Origin: Acidimicrobiaceae bacterium
Lineage (GTDB): Bacteria > Actinomycetota > Acidimicrobiia > Acidimicrobiales > Palsa-688
NCBI GenBank assembly: GCA_030838045.1
Contig: JAUTXN010000137.1
Location: 1 to 52,356, forward strand
Direction of reading: 5' to 3'
DNA length: 52,356 nucleotides
A program made the translations under genes and the position numbers. This document shows, piece by piece, positions 19,074 through 25,874 of this stretch. Numbering within the stretch: the stretch's first letter is position 1; each line of letters opens with the position of its first letter. The notes below the pieces were generated by a model, which saw only the letters and a program-made list of their open reading frames with translations, made no database searches and was not told the DNA's origin.

Positions 19074-21275
19074 CTACTCGCACCGGGCCAGTCGCACGGC
19101 GCACTGCTTGTAGTTGGGCTCACGTGAGATCGGGTCGAACTCGTCGACCGTGAGGAGATTCACGCAGCGCTCGTCGTAATGGAACGGGACGAACACCTCG
19201 CCCTGGCGCACCGTGGCGGTGACCCGCACCGCCAGGTCGTCCACCGCGCCCCGGGCGGAGCTGATGCGCACCCGGTCGCCCGTCGCCAATCGCAGGCGGC
19301 GGGCGTCGGGCGGGCTGACCTCCACCCACGCCGCGGGCGCCATCTCCTCGAGAATCCCCACCCGGCCGGTCTTGGTCCGGGTGTGCCAGTGCTCGACCGT
19401 CCGCCCGGTATTCAAGAGGAGGGGAAAATCCTCGCTGGGTGGCTCCGACAGGGGCTGGGGGGACACGCAGCGGAGTTGGGCTCGCCCCGAGGGGGTACCG
19501 AATCGACCGTCGCCATACAGTCGAGCCGTACCGCCCTCGGGCTGCTCGGCACCCGCCGGACACGGCCATTGCACCCCTCCCGCCTCGTCGATTCGTTGAT
19601 AGGTGATGCCGCTGTAGTCGCACAGCCGTCCGGCCGACACCCGGGCCCACTCGGCAAAGGCGTCCTCCGGTCCGTGCCAACCAGGGAACAACTCATCGCG
19701 CATCCCGAGCCGCTCCGCCACCGTGAGGAAGATGTCCAGGTCCGATCGGGCCTGGCCCGGAGGGTTCACGGCGCGACGCACGAGCGAGACACGACGCTCG
19801 GAGTTGGTATAGGTCCCCGTTTTCTCACCCCATATCGCAGCCGGGAGGACCACATCGCCTTGCTTGGTCGTCGGGGTCTCGAAGCCGTCCTGGACGACGA
19901 GTAGGTCGAGTTGGGCGAGGGCCGCCTCGAGGCGACGGCGGTTGGGGAACGACACGGGCGGATTGGTGGCGATGATCCAGAGGCCCCGGATGGTCCCGTC
20001 GAGGATCCCGTCGATGATGTCGGGATAGGCCCGGCCCCGCTCGGTCGGGATGCGCGCCACCGGCACGCCCCAGAGGCCGGCCAGCTCGGCCCGGTCGTCG
20101 GCGCTGTCGAAGCGCCGGTAGCCGGGCAACGACGAGCTGCCGCCCGCTTCGCGTGTCCCCATGGCGTTGCACTGGCCGGTGATGGAGAATGGCGCTGCTC
20201 CCGGGCGGCCGATGTTGCCGGTGATGAGGCACAGGTCGTTGAGCAGCGTGACGGTGGCGGTGCCCTGCACGGAATGATTGACGCCCATGGTCCACGCCAC
20301 GAAGCCCCGCTCGGCCCGGCCGAACGCTAGGGCGGCCCGGTGGAGCAGCTCCGGAGCGATGCCGCACTCGGCCGCCGCCGCCGCCACGTCGACCGTCGCC
20401 AGGTGCGCCACCAGCTCGGGGTACCCCTCGGTGTGGGCGGACACATAGTCGGTGTCCACCAGGCCCTCGTCGACGATGACCTTCATCAAGGCATTGATGA
20501 GCACCACGTCGGTGCGGGGGCGGATCGCCAGGTGCACGTCGGCGATCATCGCCGTCTTGGTCACGCGGGGGTCGACCACGATCACCGTCGCCGCCTGGTT
20601 GGCCAACACCCGGGGGGCCAGCAGGGGGTGGTTGTCGGCGATGTTGGCGCCGACCAGCAGGATGCAGTCCGCCTGTTCGAGGTCGGCATAGGCGCCCGGC
20701 GGGCCGTCGCTGCCGAAGCTGGACTTGTAGCCCGCCACGGCGGACGACATGCACAACGTGGTATTGCCGTCGTAGTGGCGGATTCCCAGTCCCAGGCGGG
20801 CCAGTTTCCCCAGGGCGTAGAACTCCTCGGTCACCAGTTGGCCGGTGCTCAAGATGGCCACCGCGTCGGGACCGTGCTCGGCCATGAGGGCGCGGAACCC
20901 GCCAGCCACCCGATCCAAGGCGCGGTCCCACGTCGTCGGGGTCAGCGGCTGGGTGCGCTCGGTGCGCATGAGCGGCTGGTGCAACCGGCCTGGCGCCGCG
21001 ATGGTCTGGTGCTCCGAGAGGCCCTTGGGGCAGAGGCGTCCGCAGTTGACCGGGTGGTCGGGATCGCCTCGTACCGCGACCGCGGCGCCGCCTCGCACGC
21101 CGATGAGCATGCCGCAGCCGACCGAGCAGTACCCGCAGGTGGTCTTGACCCAGCGCTCGGGCAACCGCGACTCGGCCACCACCCCGAAGCGCTCGTCGGT
21201 GCCGTAGCGGTACTCGTCGGCATGGGTGCCGAGCCCCAACCAGGAAGCGGGGCTGACCCCGCTGCGCCGGCTCAA
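19074..21275 (-). CDS. molybdopterin (bis-MGD) oxidoreductase, NasA/NarB-type assimilatory nitrate reductase catalytic subunit
   Basis: The N-terminal [4Fe-4S] motif is TTCGYCSVGCG...NCGRLCPKG. It has a long Mo-bisPGD body and a C-terminal tail HWHTRTKTGRV...VFVPFHYDE...NLLT...DPISREPNYKQCAVRL. The first 330 aa of the 1061-aa track ORF are an off-frame read of the upstream gene. The start is tentative: TTG 21275 overlaps the upstream stop, and TTG 21239 or GTG 21182 are alternatives. Confidence 0.85.
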   Translation of the reverse strand: MSRRSGVSPASWLGLGTHADEYRYGTDERFGVVAESRLPERWVKTTCGYCSVGCGMLIGVRGGAAVAVRGDPDHPVNCGRLCPKGLSEHQTIAAPGRLHQPLMRTERTQPLTPTTWDRALDRVAGGFRALMAEHGPDAVAILSTGQLVTEEFYALGKLARLGLGIRHYDGNTTLCMSSAVAGYKSSFGSDGPPGAYADLEQADCILLVGANIADNHPLLAPRVLANQAATVIVVDPRVTKTAMIADVHLAIRPRTDVVLINALMKVIVDEGLVDTDYVSAHTEGYPELVAHLATVDVAAAAAECGIAPELLHRAALAFGRAERGFVAWTMGVNHSVQGTATVTLLNDLCLITGNIGRPGAAPFSITGQCNAMGTREAGGSSSLPGYRRFDSADDRAELAGLWGVPVARIPTERGRAYPDIIDGILDGTIRGLWIIATNPPVSFPNRRRLEAALAQLDLLVVQDGFETPTTKQGDVVLPAAIWGEKTGTYTNSERRVSLVRRAVNPPGQARSDLDIFLTVAERLGMRDELFPGWHGPEDAFAEWARVSAGRLCDYSGITYQRIDEAGGVQWPCPAGAEQPEGGTARLYGDGRFGTPSGRAQLRCVSPQPLSEPPSEDFPLLLNTGRTVEHWHTRTKTGRVGILEEMAPAAWVEVSPPDARRLRLATGDRVRISSARGAVDDLAVRVTATVRQGEVFVPFHYDERCVNLLTVDEFDPISREPNYKQCAVRLARCE

Positions 21276-22867
21276 CGGGTGCCCCCGGAGAACCGCCGGG
21301 CCGCAGTCATCGGGGTGACGGTCACGAAGAACAGGTAGCGACCGATGAGCTCCCCGGCCGCCGCCAGCGCCAGGACGACGAGCGCCAGGAATCCGGCGCC
21401 CGCCCGGGCCGCCGACAGCGACGCCAGCATGCACGCCGCGGTCGTGGCCAGCGTCGCCCCGACCCTGACGACGAACAGCAGGCGGAAGCGACCGAAGAGC
21501 AGTCGGGCGGTGAGGGCGAACTCCCGTTCCCGCCGGGCTGCGATCGATGCCACCAAGTGCTGGATGGTGCCCAGCTGGAACAGGCTGCCGATCGTGGCCA
21601 GGCCGAAGAGGAGGCGTATCCCGGCGGTGCCGGGTCCCGCCGACGGCACTGCCACCAGGGGCCCGGTGACGAGGGCGGTGGCGAAAAAGGCCACCACCGT
21701 GCGCCCTGAGTTCCACACCGGCCGGGCGGGCACCAGGTACAGGCGTCCGCTGGCGTAGGTGCCGGCCGCACCGAGCGCGATGGCGACCAACCCCAGGCCC
21801 AGCAGCTGGCGTGGGCTCCAACCGCCGACGATCGAGGCCGCGGCGTAGGCGAAGGTGGCGAGCGAGAAGGCGCTGAAGAGTGCGACCTCGCGCGACAGCC
21901 AGGAGCGCCGGAGGTTGCGCAGCGCCTTCCACGCCACCGCGGGGCGGCCCAGATGCAGGACCGAGACGGCCAGGGCCAGCGCACCGGCCCCGGCTGCGGC
22001 CCCGGCCCCGGCCGCGCCGGGCGGGCGAGCGGCGAGGGCATGGAGGGCCACCGTGGCCACCAGCGTGCCGAGCGACAGCTGGGTCAGGAGGGTCACGGCG
22101 ATGAGCGGCCAGTGGGGATCGGCGGGCTCGAGGCGCTCGTCGACCACCGAGCGGGTGCTGGCCGGCATCGACTCGGGGACGATGATCCGGGTGGTCGACA
22201 AGGTGATGTCCGACGGCGGCAGGCCCGGCGCGTCGGCTTGGCGGTGGTCGGCGCGCCACTGGGCGATGTTGACCTTTTCCACTGTGATGGCGTGGGTCGG
22301 GCAGGCGTCGACACAGGCCGGCTTGTCACCCGTCGCCAGCCGGGGTTGGCACAGGTCGCACTTGGTGACCACCCGGCGCTGCGGGTTGAAGGCCGGGACC
22401 TCGTAGGGACAGTTCCAGATGCAGTACTGGCAGCCGATGCAATCCTCGGCGTGATGGGCCACGATCCCGTTTTCCAGCTTGACGTAGGCGTTGGTCGGGC
22501 ATCCGCTGAGGCAGGTCGGCTCGACGCAGTGGTTGCACGCCATCGACAGGTTGAACCGCTGGGCTTCGGGGAACGAGCCACCCTCAACCTCGCCCACCCG
22601 GCGCCAGTTGACCCCGACCGGGTTGGCGTTCTGCTCGGCGCAGGCCACCTCGCAGGAGTGGCAGCCGATGCACGCCCCCATCTCGAAGCTGAACCGGTAC
22701 TGCTCGCCTGCGTCGAGCGGCAGGAGCGCCGGTCCGTTGGTGCCGATCCCGGGCCGCGTGCTGGGCCCTGTGGTGGGCCCTGTGCTGGGCCCTCTGCTGG
22801 GCCGGGGGGACTCGGCGGGTGTCGACCTCGTTGGGAGGAAGCTGACCGGCTGGTCGACGACGGTCAA
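21272..22867 (-). CDS. fusion protein: four-cluster 4Fe-4S ferredoxin domain (DmsB/NrfC-like) plus DmsC/NrfD-like polytopic membrane anchor
   Basis: There are four Cys groups: CIGCHSCEVAC, CNHCVEPTCLSGCP, CIGCQYCIWNCP and CDLC..(12)..CVDACP. About 270 aa with roughly eight hydrophobic helices follow (LIAVTLLTQLSLGTLVATVAL, ALALAVSVLHLG, VALFSAFSLATFAYAAA, LGLGLVAIALGAAGTY, VVAFFATALVTGPLV, LLFGLATIGSLF, LLFVVRVGATLATTAACML, FLALVVLALAAAGELIG). The TTG start overlaps the nirD stop. Confidence 0.85.
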   Translation of the reverse strand: MTVVDQPVSFLPTRSTPAESPRPSRGPSTGPTTGPSTRPGIGTNGPALLPLDAGEQYRFSFEMGACIGCHSCEVACAEQNANPVGVNWRRVGEVEGGSFPEAQRFNLSMACNHCVEPTCLSGCPTNAYVKLENGIVAHHAEDCIGCQYCIWNCPYEVPAFNPQRRVVTKCDLCQPRLATGDKPACVDACPTHAITVEKVNIAQWRADHRQADAPGLPPSDITLSTTRIIVPESMPASTRSVVDERLEPADPHWPLIAVTLLTQLSLGTLVATVALHALAARPPGAAGAGAAAGAGALALAVSVLHLGRPAVAWKALRNLRRSWLSREVALFSAFSLATFAYAAASIVGGWSPRQLLGLGLVAIALGAAGTYASGRLYLVPARPVWNSGRTVVAFFATALVTGPLVAVPSAGPGTAGIRLLFGLATIGSLFQLGTIQHLVASIAARREREFALTARLLFGRFRLLFVVRVGATLATTAACMLASLSAARAGAGFLALVVLALAAAGELIGRYLFFVTVTPMTAARRFSGGTR

Positions 22868-23214
22868 GGGCAGGCCACCTGGACCTGACCGTCGGACACC
22901 CGGGCGGCGTAGGTGGCCACCGACACGGTGGCGTCGTCGAGGCAGGCCCCGGTATGCAGGTCGAAGCTCTGCTTGAAGATCGGCGACGCCACCTTGAGGC
23001 GATCACCCCGCGAGCCGGCGATGCCCCGCGACAGCACGAACGACTGGCTGAACGGATCGAAGTTGGACAGGGCGAACAGCTCGTCGTCGACCCGGAAGAC
23101 CGCCACCTGGCGGCCGCCGACGAGGGCACACACGCCCCGGCCAGAAATGAGCCAGTCGAAGGGGCACACGTCCACCCAGGTGGGGGCGAGGGCATGGGTT
23201 TCGGTGATGGTCAT
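22864..23214 (-). CDS. nirD: nitrite reductase [NAD(P)H] small subunit
   Basis: This is a 116-aa Rieske-fold NirD: WVDVCPFDWLISGRGVCALVGGRQVAVFRV..., SNFDPFS..., SPIFKQSFDLHTGACL. ATG 23214 overlaps the nirB TGA (ATGA), verified on the sequence. Confidence 0.9.
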   Translation of the reverse strand: MTITETHALAPTWVDVCPFDWLISGRGVCALVGGRQVAVFRVDDELFALSNFDPFSQSFVLSRGIAGSRGDRLKVASPIFKQSFDLHTGACLDDATVSVATYAARVSDGQVQVACP

Positions 23215-25874
23215 GGGGTTCCTCCGAGGGCCAGCAGTGCAGGGTCGGGTTTCTCGTGGGCGTAGGCCGGCCGGGGTTGGCCCCGCTCGGTGACGAAGAC
23301 CACGTTGTCGTCGGTCCGGTCGGAGTTGACGAAGGTCCGGAAGCGGGCCATGCGCTCCGGGTCTTCGATGGTCGCCTTCCATTCGCAGCGGTAGCCGGCC
23401 ACGTGGCGGGCCATGTCGACCTCGAACTCGGCGCACAGGCCGAGGCAGTCGTCGACGACCACCCGCCGGAGGTAGTCGAGGCCGCCATCGAGCTTGTTGA
23501 GCCAGGTGGCGGTGCGTTCCAGGCGATCGGCGGTGCGGATGTAGAACATCAAGAAGCGGTCGAGATAGCGGATCACCGTCTCGCGGTCGATGTCGCTGGC
23601 CAGGAGCACGCCATGCTGAGGCTTCAGCCCGCCGTTGCCGCACACATACAGGTTCCAGCCCTGCTCGGTGGCGATGACGCCGAAGTCCTTGCTCTGCGCC
23701 TCGGCGCATTCCCGGCTGCACCCCGACACCGCCGCCTTCACCTTGTGGGGCGATCGCAGTCCCCGGTAGCGCAGTTCCAGGTCGATGGCCAGCGCCGTCG
23801 AGTCCTGCACTCCGAAGCGGCACCAGTTCCGGCCCACGCACGACTTCACGGTGCGCAGCGCCTTGCCGTAGGCGTGGCCCGACTCCATCCCCGCGTCGAC
23901 CAGCCGCTGCCAGATGTGGGGGAGCTGGTCGACCCGGGCGCCGAAGAGGTCGATGCGCTGGCCGCCGGTGATCTTGGTGTACAGGCCGAAGTCCTTGGCG
24001 ACGTGGCCGATGGCGATGAGCTGGTCGGGGGTGATCTCGCCTCCCGGCACCCGGGGGACCACCGAGTACGTGCCGTCGCGCTGGAGGTTGGCCAGGAAAT
24101 GGTCGTTGGTGTCCTGGAGCGACGCCTGTTCCCCGTCGAGGATGTAGGCGTCCCCCAGGGTCGCGAGCATCGAGGCCACGGCCGGTTTGCAGATCTCACA
24201 GCCCCGACCCCGGCCATGGGCCGACAGCAGTTCGGAGAACGAGCCGATGCGCTGGGCCCGCACGATGTCGAACAGTTCCTGGCGGGAGAAGGCGAAGTGC
24301 TCGCACAGGTCGTTTCGGACCTCGACGCCCGCGGCCAGGAGTTCGTGACGCACCAGGCCGCTGACCAGGGGGATGCAGCCGCCGCAGCCGGTTCCCGCTC
24401 GGGTGCACGCCTTGACCCCGGCCACATCGGTGCACCCGTCGGCGACCGCAGCGCAGATCTGCTCCTTGGTCACGGTGTTGCAGGAACAGATGAGGGCGTT
24501 GCCGGCCAATGCCCCGACGCCGAGTCCGGCCCCGGCACCTTCGCCGGTGGTGCGTGCGGGGAAGATGAGCAGTTCCAGGCGCTCGGGGGTCGGCATGGCC
24601 CCTCGGCTCATCTGCACCAAGGTGTCGTACATGGTGGCGTCGCCCACGAGGATCCCCCCGAGTACCGGACGAACGCTTGTGGTGCCGCTGGTCCTCCCGC
24701 TGGTCCTCCCGCTGGTTCTCCCGTCGGCGGCGGCGGGGGCGGGACCGACCACCACCCGCTTGTACACCTTGGTCACGGGGTCGTCGAAGGTGATCGCCTC
24801 GGCACCTGGCGTGGTCCCGAAGGCGTCGCCGAAGCTGGCCACGTCCACGCCCATCAGCTTCAACTTGGTCGAGAGGTCGCTGCCCGTGAAGCTGCGGTCG
24901 CCGCCGAGGATCCGGTCCGCCACGACCGCGGCCATCTGGTAGCCCGGCGCCACCAGGCCCCACAGCCGTCCGACCGCCAGGGCGCACTCGCCGATGGCGT
25001 ACACGGCCGGGTCCGAGGTGCGGCACGCCTCGTCGACGACGACCCCGCCCCGTTCACCCATTGCGAGCCCTGCCGAGCGCGCCAGGTCGTCTCTCGGCCG
25101 GATGCCTGCGGAGAACACGACCAGGTCGACACTCAGGTCCTCGGGTGCGGCGCCCTGCGGGCTGGCGGCAGTGAAGCGCATTCCCTTCACCCGGCCGTCG
25201 GAGCCGCGCACGATCTCACTGGTGGCCGTTCCCGTGTGGACCACCACGCCGAGCTCCTCGACCCGCGAGCGCAGGGCGGCCGAGCCTCGGTCGTCGATCT
25301 GGGCCGGCATCAGGCGGGGCGCGAACTCCACCACGTGGGTTTCCAACCCGAGACTCTTCAGGGCATTGGCCGCCTCCAGGCCGAGCAGCCCCCCGCCGAC
25401 CACCGCCCCGACCCGGCAGCCTGTGGCAGTCGCAAAGTCTCGGATCGCCTCGAGGTCGTCGACCGTGCGGTACACGAAGCATCCTCGGGCGTCGCGCCCG
25501 GGTACCGGCGGTACGAACGGCACCGACCCGGTCGCCAGGACCACCGCGTCGTAGTCGACCCGGACACCACGCTGGGAGACCACGCAGCCGCGTTCCCGGT
25601 CGAGGGTGGTGACGGCGTCGCCCACATGCACGCTGAGCCCGACCTGTTCGAAGAAGCCCGGACGCACCAGCTCCAGATCCTCGGGCGATGCGCCCGCGAA
25701 CAGCGAGCTGAGCGCCACCCGGTCGTAGGCGACGCGGGGCTCTTCGCAGAAGGTCACGATGTCCCACTCGGCGGTGGCGCCCCGCTCGACCAGGGTTTCG
25801 AGCAGGCGGTGGCCCACCATGCCGTTGCCGGCCACGACGAGGGTCCGGCGCCGGCCGGACATCTCGAACTCCAT
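23211..25874 (-). CDS. nirB: nitrite reductase [NAD(P)H] large subunit
   Basis: The FAD/NAD Rossmann motifs are RTLVVAGNGMVGHRLLE and VGAVVGGGLLGLEAANAL. A BFD-like [2Fe-2S] segment reads ICSCNTVTKEQICAAV...CTRAGTGCGGC. The sirohaem/4Fe-4S region reads TGGQRIDLFG...SCVG..WCRFG...AVSGCSRECAEAQSKDFG. ATG 25874 verified. The 1282-aa track ORF is nirB plus an off-frame read through narK. Confidence 0.92.
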   Translation of the reverse strand: MEFEMSGRRRTLVVAGNGMVGHRLLETLVERGATAEWDIVTFCEEPRVAYDRVALSSLFAGASPEDLELVRPGFFEQVGLSVHVGDAVTTLDRERGCVVSQRGVRVDYDAVVLATGSVPFVPPVPGRDARGCFVYRTVDDLEAIRDFATATGCRVGAVVGGGLLGLEAANALKSLGLETHVVEFAPRLMPAQIDDRGSAALRSRVEELGVVVHTGTATSEIVRGSDGRVKGMRFTAASPQGAAPEDLSVDLVVFSAGIRPRDDLARSAGLAMGERGGVVVDEACRTSDPAVYAIGECALAVGRLWGLVAPGYQMAAVVADRILGGDRSFTGSDLSTKLKLMGVDVASFGDAFGTTPGAEAITFDDPVTKVYKRVVVGPAPAAADGRTSGRTSGRTSGTTSVRPVLGGILVGDATMYDTLVQMSRGAMPTPERLELLIFPARTTGEGAGAGLGVGALAGNALICSCNTVTKEQICAAVADGCTDVAGVKACTRAGTGCGGCIPLVSGLVRHELLAAGVEVRNDLCEHFAFSRQELFDIVRAQRIGSFSELLSAHGRGRGCEICKPAVASMLATLGDAYILDGEQASLQDTNDHFLANLQRDGTYSVVPRVPGGEITPDQLIAIGHVAKDFGLYTKITGGQRIDLFGARVDQLPHIWQRLVDAGMESGHAYGKALRTVKSCVGRNWCRFGVQDSTALAIDLELRYRGLRSPHKVKAAVSGCSRECAEAQSKDFGVIATEQGWNLYVCGNGGLKPQHGVLLASDIDRETVIRYLDRFLMFYIRTADRLERTATWLNKLDGGLDYLRRVVVDDCLGLCAEFEVDMARHVAGYRCEWKATIEDPERMARFRTFVNSDRTDDNVVFVTERGQPRPAYAHEKPDPALLALGGTP

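Noticed and set aside
19066-19076. Convergent stops of the Pro-rich membrane protein (TAA 19066-19068) and the molybdoenzyme (TAG, 19074-19076) only 5 bp apart, leaving no terminator space.
   Set aside because: This is real but common in compact high-GC genomes, where Rho-dependent termination or termination inside the opposite gene is usual. I see no additional structure to report.
19074-22259. A 1061-aa ORF suggesting an extra-long molybdoenzyme.
   Set aside because: The first ~330 aa (ARRPPPSRRAGPAAVGHH...) are low-complexity and overlap the well-supported Fe-S/DmsC gene out of frame. Recognisable enzyme sequence starts only near the CGYCSVGCG motif.
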